Assembly (NCBI GenBank): GCA_041674185.1
Contig: JBAYWE010000002.1
Location: 2,233-66,232 of the forward strand
Direction of reading: 5' to 3'
DNA length: 64,000 nt
From: Minisyncoccota bacterium
Lineage (GTDB): Bacteria > Patescibacteriota > Minisyncoccia > UBA6257 > JAGOQP01
Below the pieces are notes generated by a model. It did no database searches, was not told the origin of the DNA, and was given only the letters and a program-made list of their open reading frames with translations. Made by a program: the position numbers and the translations under genes. This document shows, one piece after another, positions 10,603 through 20,603 of the stretch (position 1 is the first letter of the stretch; each line of letters opens with the position of its first letter).

Positions 10603-11721
10603 ATGTCCGCAATTTATCGCACGTATCGCCCCAAAAGAATAGAAGATATAGTAGGACAAGAGTCTATCACAACGATTCTACGCAACGCGTCTATACAAGA
10701 TAAATTTGCTCATGCATATTTATTCTATGGACCCCGAGGAACAGGAAAGACGAGCATGGCGCGTATTTTGGCGAAAATAATCAACTGTGAAAAACGCCAA
10801 ACTGATTTAGAATTTAGAAAACAAGGAGAACCGTGTGGAACATGCAGCGCATGTACACAAATAGAATCAGGAAACACACTCGACGTTATTGAAATCGACG
10901 CGGCCTCAAACCGCGGTATTGATGAAATTCGTAATTTAAAAGACAATATAAAAACCATGCCCACTCAATTTGGGCACAAAGTATTTATTATAGATGAAGT
11001 ACACATGCTCACCACACAAGCATTTAATGCCCTTTTGAAAACACTCGAAGAACCTCCTCAGCACGCTATCTTAATTCTTGCAACTACAGAATACGAAAAA
11101 GTTCCTGCAACCATTATCTCTCGAACGCAACGATTTCATTTTAGAAAACTGACTCTCAGTGAGATTATTTCTATGTTGAAAACTATTATCACAAAAGAAA
11201 AGATCACATGCGAACCATCAGCATTAGAAATGATAGCGTATCTCGCAGAAGGAAGTATGCGCGACGCACAATCATTACTTGATCAAATCATTGCCATGCA
11301 AGGATCATATATTACCACGGCCAATGTTGAATTATTACTAGGAAAAACAGATATTCTCAAAATTATAAGTTTATCGAACTCTCTTATTACAAAAGATGGA
11401 AAAAAAGCGCTCCAGTTATTACATGAAATCCATAATGACGGACATAATCTTCCGCAACTCAATAGGGATATAACTGAATATATTCGCCGTGCACTCGCCC
11501 TTCATTTAAACCCCGATTTAGAGAAATTATTTACTCGCGAATTAGCACAAACGGAACTTGCTTCATTACAAAAACATGCAGAACTCATTGAAACAGAATA
11601 TATTATAAAACTTCTCAAACTTCTCATAGAGGCGCAAACAAACATGAGATATAATTCTCTCCCCATTATTCCATTTGAAATTGCGCTGATTGAAGCAACA
11701 CAAAAAGAAACAAAAAAATAG
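10603..11721 (+). CDS. dnaX: DNA polymerase III subunit gamma/tau
   Basis: YRTYRP, GPRGTGKT, EIDAASNRGIDEIR, IIDEVHML, FNALLKTLEEPP. Confidence 0.96.
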   Translation: MSAIYRTYRPKRIEDIVGQESITTILRNASIQDKFAHAYLFYGPRGTGKTSMARILAKIINCEKRQTDLEFRKQGEPCGTCSACTQIESGNTLDVIEIDAASNRGIDEIRNLKDNIKTMPTQFGHKVFIIDEVHMLTTQAFNALLKTLEEPPQHAILILATTEYEKVPATIISRTQRFHFRKLTLSEIISMLKTIITKEKITCEPSALEMIAYLAEGSMRDAQSLLDQIIAMQGSYITTANVELLLGKTDILKIISLSNSLITKDGKKALQLLHEIHNDGHNLPQLNRDITEYIRRALALHLNPDLEKLFTRELAQTELASLQKHAELIETEYIIKLLKLLIEAQTNMRYNSLPIIPFEIALIEATQKETKK

Positions 11722-11765
11722 TTGAAAAAATACTATTTTTTTGATAGGGTTCAAACATATCATAT

Positions 11766-11839
11766 TCGGGGATCGTCTAATGGTAGGACAGTGGCCTTTG
11801 AAGCCATTAATTGGGGTTCGAATCCCTGTCCCCGAGCCA
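11766..11839 (+). tRNA. tRNA-Gln(TTG); integration target
   Basis: Acceptor TCGGGGA/TCCCCGA, anticodon arm GTGGC-CTTTGAA-GCCAT, T-loop GGTTCGAATCC. Confidence 0.96.
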
Positions 11840-13495
11840 GCGTGAACGAATAGATACGAGAGCTTCATTCTGTTCGCAATTTATAGGCAATTTATTTGGT
11901 TCTAACCTTAGATATTCCTCTTGAAGACGAGAGTAATTTTCTCTGATTGGAAAGAACCAAGGATGTGGAACTACACTTAAGATTCCATCGCGTATTTTAA
12001 TGTCATTACCGATTGTTAAAAGAAATTCTTTCCTTGGTTCTAACCTTTTTTTATTAAAAGAATCCATCAGATTTGACATGAAAATAAATGCATTTTTTAT
12101 AGTTTCAACATCCCTTCCTCCAACCTCTGAAGTATTTTTTAGAATGTCATTTAATCGCAATATTTTGCCCTCTATTTCGTTTTTTTCTTTCAAGTAGAAG
12201 GAATCATCAATTAAGCCCCGATACCTCATACGGGTCAATTCTTCGAGTTCCTTGTGCAATTTTATTTGGGTTTCCTCTTGTGTCATTTTAATCTTTTGGG
12301 ATTTTTCAGATGACTCTTTTTCAGTGTCCCCAATTGAGTCTAAAGCCCATGCATAAAATTGTGGGATTAAATCGTATTTTTTTAGTTCACTTGATATCAT
12401 CTGAATAAGACGATCTTCTCGAATTGCTTTTCTTTGAGAACAGATAACTTTATTTGTCTTACGCGTACAATGATAATAAGTATATTCCTTGATCGTTGAG
12501 TCACTCTTTATAATTTTGCGTTTTGTTTCTGCGGTGAACAAACATCCACATTCTCCACATCGAATTATTCCGGTAAAATCGAACGAGTGTTTTTGAGGAC
12601 GAGGTTTTCCTTTTCGTCCTAAAATTATTTGTACCTGATCATATTCTTTGAGGGTAATCATTGCCTCATGATTTCCTTGATAGTGTTTTCCAAAATATTC
12701 AATGTTTCCTGTATAGAAAATGCTCGTAAAAATTTTATATATACCACTACGAGATAATTCTTTATCACCTTGACGTTTACTTTTTCTTGTTCTAAATCCC
12801 CACTCTTTATTTACTATCGTTAATATTTGGGGTGGAGTGTAACAACCAGTAAGCATCATATCCCACATTTTGCGTATGAGAGGGAAACGGATAGGATCAG
12901 TTATAATAGTTTTGTCTTCCTTATTGTTGAGATAGCCGAGAGGAGCTACATTGGGAGCCCATCCTTTTGCTAACTTACTTTCAATTCCGCGTTTTACATT
13001 TTTTCTTAATTCAATGATATATTGATTTGCCATGCCACTTTCAACATTGAATAACAACACATTATCATCCGGCAAGTATTGCCGATCAATCGTTTGAATC
13101 GATTGAAGTATACCTGTTTGCAAAAGCCAGCTTATCTTACCACTATCAATTGGATTTCTTGATAATCGATTGAGCTGCCAACTGAGAATACCACCAGCTT
13201 CACCTGCTTCTATTCTTTTAATCATCTCATCAAATATGGGACGGTTATTTGGTTTCTTTGCTGATTTTGCCTCAGAAAATATTTCAATTACATCTAGATG
13301 TAATTCCTTTGATAGTTGGGTAAGTCTACTAATTTGATCATCTATTGACTGAACCTGACGATCTTCGTTTTCGGATGACTTACGGGCATAAAGGAAATAT
13401 TTGAGGTTTTTGGATGATTGTGTAGGAAACATAATACGTCTGTTTACTTGGGTACAAATAATACCGTTTAAACTATCGAGTGTGCAAGTCCCCAC
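11807..13495 (-). CDS. Large serine recombinase 1 (true start probably MFPTQ near 13432)
   Basis: YARKSSE catalytic Ser, LNRLSRN, recombinase domain, CGECG...YYHC zinc ribbon, coiled coil; last codons overlap tRNA-Gln on the antisense strand. Confidence 0.93.
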   Translation of the reverse strand: MGTCTLDSLNGIICTQVNRRIMFPTQSSKNLKYFLYARKSSENEDRQVQSIDDQISRLTQLSKELHLDVIEIFSEAKSAKKPNNRPIFDEMIKRIEAGEAGGILSWQLNRLSRNPIDSGKISWLLQTGILQSIQTIDRQYLPDDNVLLFNVESGMANQYIIELRKNVKRGIESKLAKGWAPNVAPLGYLNNKEDKTIITDPIRFPLIRKMWDMMLTGCYTPPQILTIVNKEWGFRTRKSKRQGDKELSRSGIYKIFTSIFYTGNIEYFGKHYQGNHEAMITLKEYDQVQIILGRKGKPRPQKHSFDFTGIIRCGECGCLFTAETKRKIIKSDSTIKEYTYYHCTRKTNKVICSQRKAIREDRLIQMISSELKKYDLIPQFYAWALDSIGDTEKESSEKSQKIKMTQEETQIKLHKELEELTRMRYRGLIDDSFYLKEKNEIEGKILRLNDILKNTSEVGGRDVETIKNAFIFMSNLMDSFNKKRLEPRKEFLLTIGNDIKIRDGILSVVPHPWFFPIRENYSRLQEEYLRLEPNKLPINCEQNEALVSIRSRWLGDRDSNPN

Positions 13496-13673
13496 TTTTT
13501 TCTAGGGCATCTTTGAGAGCGCGAATTTTTTCTTTCGTAATCGGCTCATAGACTAACTCTACTAAGCGAATTACTTTAGATGCTTTCTCATACGCTTCGT
13601 TTTTATCTAGCTGTATTCCAAAATGTGTAAAATATAATTCTTGGAATTTTTTTATGTGTTCATCTGATATCAT
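13473..13673 (-). CDS. Small protein upstream of the recombinase
   Basis: 66-aa ORF co-oriented with and directly before the recombinase; function unknown. Confidence 0.65.
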   Translation of the reverse strand: MISDEHIKKFQELYFTHFGIQLDKNEAYEKASKVIRLVELVYEPITKEKIRALKDALEKSGDLHTR

Positions 13674-13847
13674 GCAATCACCCTATATCTTAAGAGAGAA
13701 ATTAGTAGATACGAATATTCCACAATTTTGGGTAAAACACACTCTATAAAGATAATTTGAATGAATTTTACTTGCAGATGTAAATATTCTTACACTATAC
13801 GTAATAGATGAATGAGAATAGATATTTAGTTATTATTTAATAATAGT

Positions 13848-14681
13848 TCACTTAGATAATTGTACTATGGCTGCTTGTAATACTTGCCAACATATTTTTG
13901 CGGTATGTTCATCTGGATCGAAACTCGAGGCTAATTGCTGATATGGGTGTATATAATTTCTAAAGTCTCTGAGAGCATGGCTGAATTTTTTTACATCCTC
14001 ACCCAGAAAATTTAATTCTCTTGCAACATTGATAAAATCGCTCAGCGACCAATCCTGAAATTGCTTTACTTTCCCAGATTTATCTTTCGGGCTTGCAGAA
14101 GCAATGTTAAAATCTTTCGCGTTATTGCTTGCTATTCCAAGTAATATCCCTTCCATAGTACTTCCACAAAGAAAGATTACTGATAAGGATGCATTTATTT
14201 TTAAACACCTTTGGATCTCATCAATTCTCTGTTGAATTACTGTAAGCACCGTTCCATCCAGCTTCAACATGTTAACATCGAGACTCCTAAAATCTTTGCT
14301 TAAAAAATCATCTTCCCTAATTTCATTTGTTTGTGGTTGGGTGCCTTGAAGTTTATTCGATATCTGTTTCCCACGATCCATAATTTTTATAGAGAAGTCG
14401 ATCTCATTTAAATGACCAAGCAATATTTGGTTTTCGATATATTCGATAAGTTTTTGAATCGATTTCCCCACTAAAACATCACTCGCATTTTGCCAAAATC
14501 CTCTCATATAATTCGCCTTTGAACCCGAAGCATATTTATATTGTGGATTATAAATATCAATACCAACATCATCTCTAAAAAATTCTGACATTGTTCTATC
14601 TGAGAAATTTAGAACATATCCACTACCCATATTGAATAATTTTTCGAGCAATTGTTTTTCGTTTGTACTAAGATTTGCCAT
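13848..14681 (-). CDS. Abortive-infection-like protein with C-terminal HEPN-type domain
   Basis: N-terminal GYVLNFSDRT...SKAN segment resembles AbiJ-type N-terminal domains; C-terminal LRDFRNYIHP resembles a HEPN R...H motif. Confidence 0.6.
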   Translation of the reverse strand: MANLSTNEKQLLEKLFNMGSGYVLNFSDRTMSEFFRDDVGIDIYNPQYKYASGSKANYMRGFWQNASDVLVGKSIQKLIEYIENQILLGHLNEIDFSIKIMDRGKQISNKLQGTQPQTNEIREDDFLSKDFRSLDVNMLKLDGTVLTVIQQRIDEIQRCLKINASLSVIFLCGSTMEGILLGIASNNAKDFNIASASPKDKSGKVKQFQDWSLSDFINVARELNFLGEDVKKFSHALRDFRNYIHPYQQLASSFDPDEHTAKICWQVLQAAIVQLSK

Positions 14682-14790
14682 ATTACTTGTCCATAATGGT
14701 TATCAATTTTGAAAATTCTTAAGATTATAAAAACGTCTTATATGATTACATGTCTAAGATAAAATCGTCGTATGATTGACTATCAATTTA

Positions 14791-15627
14791 TTACTCTTCA
14801 TTATCTTCAGTTTCGCTTATTTCTTTCAGATCAGCAATTTTTATATGATGAGAATATACAGCTCCAACTGTAAGAGTATAAGAATGGTGTCGATGTAATT
14901 TTTTTTTACTTTCATGGTCGACGTAGAAATTAATCTTGTTTCCCTTAAAACGATCATCCAATATTTCACCAACAATTTCAATTTGGTCTTGGACATTCTC
15001 CCATGAAAACAATCGGATATTTAATTGATCATTTTCTTTCAGTGATGGATAATGAACATCGTTTCCAACAAACTTGCGTTTTGATACATGCCTGATTTTT
15101 TGATTAAGAATTTTCTTGCTTCTAATTTCTGATTTTCTTCCTACTCTTGAAAGTTTATCCGCAACTTTATTATACTTTTCTTTTTTGTAATGAATCTCAA
15201 CTCGGCCACCAACTTCTTTTGAAAGTTTCATTCTTGCTTTTTGTATACGACTAATCAAATCCTTGTCTTTAATTGGTTTTTCTTCAAAAGTTTTCCATTT
15301 ATTTTTTCGATAATTATCCACCCGATAGGGATTTAATAATCTTTCATCTGTCACACTCATCCTATCAGTATAGATCAGGACTCGTCCTGCTTTTCGTAAT
15401 ACACCTGGATTTTGCTTATTAAATACCAATAACTCATCAATCGCTTCTAGAATACTTATCATCTCAAGTCGTTGGATCCCTTGATGATCATTCCTATAAA
15501 ACTTTTGGATTGGGTCTTGTTGAATTGATTCTGGAAATTCGATAATAAAACCATTTCCACCAGTCTGGGCGGAATCGTAATTCATTGCACCATCACAATG
15601 CACAACAATAGCGCGAGGGTCATCCAT
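14791..15627 (-). CDS. RNase H-fold protein with C-terminal extension
   Basis: VHCDGA, LEMISILEA, IYTD, NKVADKLS match the D-E-D-D pattern of RNase HI. Confidence 0.72.
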   Translation of the reverse strand: MDDPRAIVVHCDGAMNYDSAQTGGNGFIIEFPESIQQDPIQKFYRNDHQGIQRLEMISILEAIDELLVFNKQNPGVLRKAGRVLIYTDRMSVTDERLLNPYRVDNYRKNKWKTFEEKPIKDKDLISRIQKARMKLSKEVGGRVEIHYKKEKYNKVADKLSRVGRKSEIRSKKILNQKIRHVSKRKFVGNDVHYPSLKENDQLNIRLFSWENVQDQIEIVGEILDDRFKGNKINFYVDHESKKKLHRHHSYTLTVGAVYSHHIKIADLKEISETEDNEE

Positions 15628-15707
15628 TGAATTTCATTTATTTTTATATATCGTTACTCTAAAACATCAAAACAATTGAATGCTCTGCAAAACATTGTAC
15701 CCGAGCT

Positions 15708-16214
15708 TTAAAATCCTGATGGTGGAATCAATGAATCATTATCAATAGCATTCTTTGATGAATTCCATTTCGCAACCTTGATATATCTGTTCTTATTGAA
15801 TTCCAAAATATCCAGTCTATTAAAATGAATGAGTAATTGTTTGAGAGGCTTAGATAATCCTTTGGGAGAGAGTAGAAATGCAAAATCAGGTTTTAATATC
15901 TTACAATACCCTAATAACTGGGATAGATTTATTAAGCTTAATTGTGTGTCCTTCACTTCAATGAATACTAATTTACACATTTCTTTTTCTATCATTACTC
16001 CTAAGAGATCAACTCGAATCTTATAGGTAGCATATTCAGGAAAGAATCTTGCATAATTATTCCGTTGTAAAAAATCGCTCAAATCTACTGAATGGACATC
16101 ATAAGTTTTAATTGAAGCTCGAGGATGTTTTGCTTCTAGATATGTTTGTAACCAAGTAAGCATACTTGGATAAAGTGATATTTCTTTTTTTGATTCGTAG
16201 TTATTCATATGCAC
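15708..16214 (-). CDS. PD-(D/E)XK nuclease, putative restriction catalytic subunit
   Basis: RVDLLG...FIEVK and SQLLGY motifs; last gene of the methylase operon. Confidence 0.65.
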   Translation of the reverse strand: MHMNNYESKKEISLYPSMLTWLQTYLEAKHPRASIKTYDVHSVDLSDFLQRNNYARFFPEYATYKIRVDLLGVMIEKEMCKLVFIEVKDTQLSLINLSQLLGYCKILKPDFAFLLSPKGLSKPLKQLLIHFNRLDILEFNKNRYIKVAKWNSSKNAIDNDSLIPPSGF

Positions 16215-17121
16215 GGATAGGATCAGTTTCTTCCAACCGATTAAGTAGTTCTGAATAATGATTAAAATGAAGATCTCTCAAAAAACCGGGTAACTTTTCC
16301 GAATGCTCTTCGGGATTTGACATTTTTTCTTTTATTCTAAGTCTTTTACTCTCAGCATTGTCTCCGAGTCCTAGTCTGTTCATAGATGCAAGATCAACTA
16401 GAACATCCTGTTTGTGCCTAAGGTATGACCCTATTGGTAAAAATTGGTTAGCAAACACTTTTACTTGATGTTCTTTTGCCCAGAAACCACTTGATTTTCT
16501 AAAATTCGGATCTCGAAAATTTGGATGACCAAAGTCAATGCTTTCTATTGGAATTTCCACACTTTGAAAAAGCTTGCATAAATCTAACACCAAATACCAA
16601 TTCCGATGATCTACCTCGAGATAGATTCTTTGTTGATCAATCTTACCAAATTGAGCATTTGAGGCACGAACATAACCAGTTACATCAAAGTAACCTCTTA
16701 TAAATTCTTTTTGTTTTTCCTGATCAGATTGAAAAATCACTTTTGGAATCCTAAAGGAATGATAATCACTGAAATCACCATTTAGTAAATAACTCAACAG
16801 TTGCCAAGTTAAATCAGTATTTCTCCAAACAATCACTAAACTAACCCCTCTATTATCCTCATCATTAATTTTATTAACATCAAGTCCAATCCTTTTGAGT
16901 CTTTCAACGATTCTATCCAAGCTATTAGATAGATAAATTTGAGTATTAAATCTTTTTGTAGGATCGATGGGGCTTACAGCTTCAAGATTTTTAAAAGGAA
17001 AGTCAATTACTAATTTTTGTAATTCAATTGACTTGATAATTGTTCCTCTTCCAATAATCAAACCAAGTAGATAAGCAGCATCCTCACTCAAAAAGGAAGA
17101 GAGTCTATTCGTTAGATCCAT
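16201..17121 (-). CDS. LAGLIDADG-like protein, putative restriction specificity subunit
   Basis: Two LAGLIDADG-like helices, AYLLGLIIGRG and FIRGYFDVTG; overlaps both neighbouring genes. Confidence 0.55.
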   Translation of the reverse strand: MDLTNRLSSFLSEDAAYLLGLIIGRGTIIKSIELQKLVIDFPFKNLEAVSPIDPTKRFNTQIYLSNSLDRIVERLKRIGLDVNKINDEDNRGVSLVIVWRNTDLTWQLLSYLLNGDFSDYHSFRIPKVIFQSDQEKQKEFIRGYFDVTGYVRASNAQFGKIDQQRIYLEVDHRNWYLVLDLCKLFQSVEIPIESIDFGHPNFRDPNFRKSSGFWAKEHQVKVFANQFLPIGSYLRHKQDVLVDLASMNRLGLGDNAESKRLRIKEKMSNPEEHSEKLPGFLRDLHFNHYSELLNRLEETDPIRAYE

Positions 17122-18958
17122 ATTTTTTAAAGATTAGAATGTATTCATGAACTTTGTTAATAATAAATTTATATGGGTAACCCAAAGGTTTACAATTGTT
17201 ATATTCTTTTTGCCTATCCCAAATAAGCAAATCTTCGAAAGAAAATCCAATTTCTTCCATCACTCTCACCACATCCATATGAAGAGGATATAATTTACTC
17301 CCTTTTCTAATATCCATCACATTGATCACACAATATCCACCAACGCGAATAGTAGTATATACCTCACTTAAAATAATTCTAAGTTCGTTAAGAAAAGCAT
17401 TATACTGTTCAATATTACCTATATCATTAGGGTCAGATGTATAATTTCTTCCGATTTTTAAATCTGCACTTCTTTTAGCATTTAGTATATTCCAGTAGGG
17501 TGGTGATGTGAGACATAAATCGATTGAGTTTGCTTCAATAAATTTTGAAATCTCACGAGAATCTTTTACAAAATATTTAATCTTCCCATTTTGTTTGTAT
17601 GTTGAGTATTCTTTCGAAAGTCGATCAAAGAATAAATTTTTAAATTCATCGCTAATATCTACTCCAAAAACATTCATGTTTTTTTTTAGACCAGCTATAA
17701 GGGTACTACCGCTCCCTGCAAAACAATCAAGAATATTTTTACCTGATCCGTTAGTAAGAATATCTATTATCTTTTCGGCTAATTGTATGGGAAAAATTGC
17801 AGGATGTTTTAATCCAGTTTCCTCTTGATTTTTTGTTACATTTCTCCAAATACTAAACGAATTTTGTAGCCAAGAGTTACCATCAAGTTTATTTGCTCTT
17901 TTCATTGCTGATTGAGTCTCGACGAAATGCAACCTCTCCTCAGTAATATTAGGATCATCTTCATCTTGGTTAATACTTTTATACCTCTTATGTGTCTTCT
18001 TGAATAAACTAACTTTTCCTTTTTTTGATAATATCTGTTCTATTTCGCCAATTGGAATGATTCCTTCATTATTATAACTCAGTAAGATATATTTTGCATT
18101 TACTTGCGTAATTAATTCATCTAATGCCTTGGATGCTCGTCCTTTGTAACAATATTCCGATAATTGATTTTTGTAATCACGAACGCCAGTTTTGCCAGTA
18201 ATAATTGGTTTTTTATCCTCGAACCATCCCTCAGCAATCAGTTCCAATAAAAAATAATTTGAAGCATATTGACGGCTATTATAAGGAGGATCAAGGTACA
18301 GAATATCAATGCTTTTCAATTCTTTGATAAGTTGATTAGCCTCAGACTTAAACGCCTTGTTTTTCCTTGAGCTATGGATTATTTCAGGTGCAGTAATTAT
18401 TAAAGGTTTTGTTGCTCTTTTATCCCAAGTTTTTAGATAGGCTCCATATGTTCCAGCAACATTAGAAACAAGATTAACAGCCTCAAGAAGTGATGTAATC
18501 AAATAGTAATATTCTAGTTCAGAGATCAGCTGATTTTGTTTCCATTCATGTATGATTTCTCTAACAGCATCTATCTTTTGACCATTCTCATTTGAAAAGT
18601 ATTTTCTTTTCCCATTTCCATCAGGACAATAATTATTATAAATAAATCCCTTCTTAATAGGAAGACTATTTAAATAGTTGATGACATAATTATTATCCAA
18701 ATCGGGAACTGCGAGATGTTTCCTTAACTTCAAGAATTTTGGTTCTTCATTTGTCTCTATATATGTTTTTGCGAGAGCAAATGAAAACTCAAGGAAATCA
18801 TTTGCGATGACCGTAAAACCTTGTCTCTTGAAATGTTTGGCAACCGTGGTAGTGCCACTAAATAAGTCAACAAACTTAGCTCCGTGATTCAATTCGGTTT
18901 TTTTTACACCGTTTTCAATTAAATCCAATAATTTTTCTTTACCGCCGTAATAACGCAT
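17105..18958 (-). CDS. Fused DNA methyltransferase (m6A domain plus N4-C/N6-A domain)
   Basis: N-half: YYGGK, DLFSGT, YLDPPY. C-half: HPAIFP, LDCFAGSGST, TSPPY. Confidence 0.9.
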   Translation of the reverse strand: MRYYGGKEKLLDLIENGVKKTELNHGAKFVDLFSGTTTVAKHFKRQGFTVIANDFLEFSFALAKTYIETNEEPKFLKLRKHLAVPDLDNNYVINYLNSLPIKKGFIYNNYCPDGNGKRKYFSNENGQKIDAVREIIHEWKQNQLISELEYYYLITSLLEAVNLVSNVAGTYGAYLKTWDKRATKPLIITAPEIIHSSRKNKAFKSEANQLIKELKSIDILYLDPPYNSRQYASNYFLLELIAEGWFEDKKPIITGKTGVRDYKNQLSEYCYKGRASKALDELITQVNAKYILLSYNNEGIIPIGEIEQILSKKGKVSLFKKTHKRYKSINQDEDDPNITEERLHFVETQSAMKRANKLDGNSWLQNSFSIWRNVTKNQEETGLKHPAIFPIQLAEKIIDILTNGSGKNILDCFAGSGSTLIAGLKKNMNVFGVDISDEFKNLFFDRLSKEYSTYKQNGKIKYFVKDSREISKFIEANSIDLCLTSPPYWNILNAKRSADLKIGRNYTSDPNDIGNIEQYNAFLNELRIILSEVYTTIRVGGYCVINVMDIRKGSKLYPLHMDVVRVMEEIGFSFEDLLIWDRQKEYNNCKPLGYPYKFIINKVHEYILIFKKYGSNE

Positions 18959-18959
18959 A

Positions 18960-19166
18960 TTATGATTTTATCAATTCGTCTATACTTACATTGAGTGCTT
19001 TAGCAATTTTTGAAACTGTTTGAATGGTCGGATTCTGTACACAGCCAGATTCAATTTTTATTATAGTATTATACGCGACATTTGCTATCTTGGAAAGTTT
19101 ATCCTGCGAAAAGCCGCGTTTACTTCTCATTTTTTTTATATTTCGAGAAATGTCATTCATCAACAT
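18960..19166 (-). CDS. XRE helix-turn-helix regulator (R-M controller-like)
   Basis: SQDKLSKIANVAYNTIIKIESG-NPTIQT; stop lies 1 bp before the methylase start. Confidence 0.85.
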   Translation of the reverse strand: MLMNDISRNIKKMRSKRGFSQDKLSKIANVAYNTIIKIESGCVQNPTIQTVSKIAKALNVSIDELIKS

Positions 19167-19271
19167 ACTTGTAAAAGATTACTATTATAAGTATACATTT
19201 ATTTTCATATAATTTCTATATTTATCATAGATAGATTAACCCTTATGAAAAAATGATAAATCCTTCCTGTA

Positions 19272-20519
19272 TTATTTGATTAGTAAGAATTTTTTTGTTT
19301 TGGTATAGTTATTCATTTGCAAGCTGTAAAAATAAACACCACTCGAAAGATTACTTCCATCAAATCGAACTACATACGTTCCCGGTTGTTTTATTTCATT
19401 CACGAGCACAACAACTTCGTTTCCCAATAAATCATATACACTAAGATGTACTACTTCAGTATGTGTTAGAGCGTAGGTAATATTCGTTACCGGATTAAAA
19501 GGATTAGGATAATTCTGAAACAGGTGAAACTCTGTCGGCTGAGAATATGAATCTTTGGCAACATCTGTAACGGTTTGATTTATTTTAAATACTGATCCGT
19601 TATCAACATAAAATATATCTCCGAAAGAATTCATTTGTATTTGCTTTACATACGCATGAGTGTTTACACCACTCAGTTCTCCAAGCAGATTCCATGTGGT
19701 TGTGCCATTAGTATTTTTATAAAGATAGCTTGAAGTATAATCACTTGTTTCTGCAAACAAATTTTCCTGCTGATCTTTAAAAATTTTTGTGGTAACAAAT
19801 GGAGTTTGAGTTATTGGGACAATACCTAAAGTAGTTCCATTATCCATAGTCGTTCTGATTTCGTTTGAAGTCGTAAAATAGATCAGTCCATTAGATCGTA
19901 TTGCGGTTGCATATACAGTCCCTGGTTCGCAATAACTCCATGATTCTCCGTCAGTAGATTTGTATAATCCTTGATACGTTCCAATGTAGATAGTTTTATT
20001 CGGATGGATAGCAATACCCAAACCAAGACTTTTACTAAACGAATTTTGTGAGGGAAGAGACTTCCATGTACTGCCATTATCTTTAGAAAGATAGAAGGTA
20101 TAGACACTGGAATATACCGCGTTATTATATGCAGAAATATGAAAGAGCAAATTCCCATTTGCATGTTCAAACATGCGATCAATCTCTACATCTTGAAATC
20201 CGACTAACTCCCAATTTCCTGTTTCGTTTTTACTTCGGTATAATCCATTATAAGATGCATCGACATATAGATCACCAGAATTCGTTTTATAGACCATTCC
20301 CGTTTGTTTATACGGGAAGCTCAGAGAAACCCAGGTTACGCCATTGTCAGGCGAATAATATAATCCATCACTTTCTGTCCCGACAAAAATTCTATTATCA
20401 GAAAGAATAGAAATAGTGCGGGCAGTACTAAACGGTGTCGTGATTTTTGTGCCGATTTTTTGAGACCACACAAAACTTGCAATCAATAAAAGAAAAATAA
20501 TAGTTACTGATTTTTTCAT
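19272..20519 (-). CDS. Secreted beta-propeller protein with T9SS type A C-terminal sorting domain
   Basis: Signal peptide, BNR/Asp-box repeats (SPDNGVTW, SKDNGSTW, STDGESW), C-terminal QNYPNPFNP...VYDLLG...LSSGVYFY...KKFLLIK. Confidence 0.88.
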   Translation of the reverse strand: MKKSVTIIFLLLIASFVWSQKIGTKITTPFSTARTISILSDNRIFVGTESDGLYYSPDNGVTWVSLSFPYKQTGMVYKTNSGDLYVDASYNGLYRSKNETGNWELVGFQDVEIDRMFEHANGNLLFHISAYNNAVYSSVYTFYLSKDNGSTWKSLPSQNSFSKSLGLGIAIHPNKTIYIGTYQGLYKSTDGESWSYCEPGTVYATAIRSNGLIYFTTSNEIRTTMDNGTTLGIVPITQTPFVTTKIFKDQQENLFAETSDYTSSYLYKNTNGTTTWNLLGELSGVNTHAYVKQIQMNSFGDIFYVDNGSVFKINQTVTDVAKDSYSQPTEFHLFQNYPNPFNPVTNITYALTHTEVVHLSVYDLLGNEVVVLVNEIKQPGTYVVRFDGSNLSSGVYFYSLQMNNYTKTKKFLLIK

Positions 20520-20603
20520 AATTACCTCTTCATAATTTTATTCACCACTAGGTGAAAACCATGTAGGTGTGTTAGCCACACCCACACGCAGTTACGTTTA
20601 TTA

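Noticed and set aside
11810-11839. Long duplicated tRNA-Gln 3' end as attR (tyrosine-integrase style)
   Set aside because: I found no such copy in the window; only the 4-bp core with inverted arms at 47582-47599, which fits a serine recombinase.
11566-11868. 100-aa minus-strand ORF
   Set aside because: Shadow of tRNA-Gln and the dnaX 3' end.
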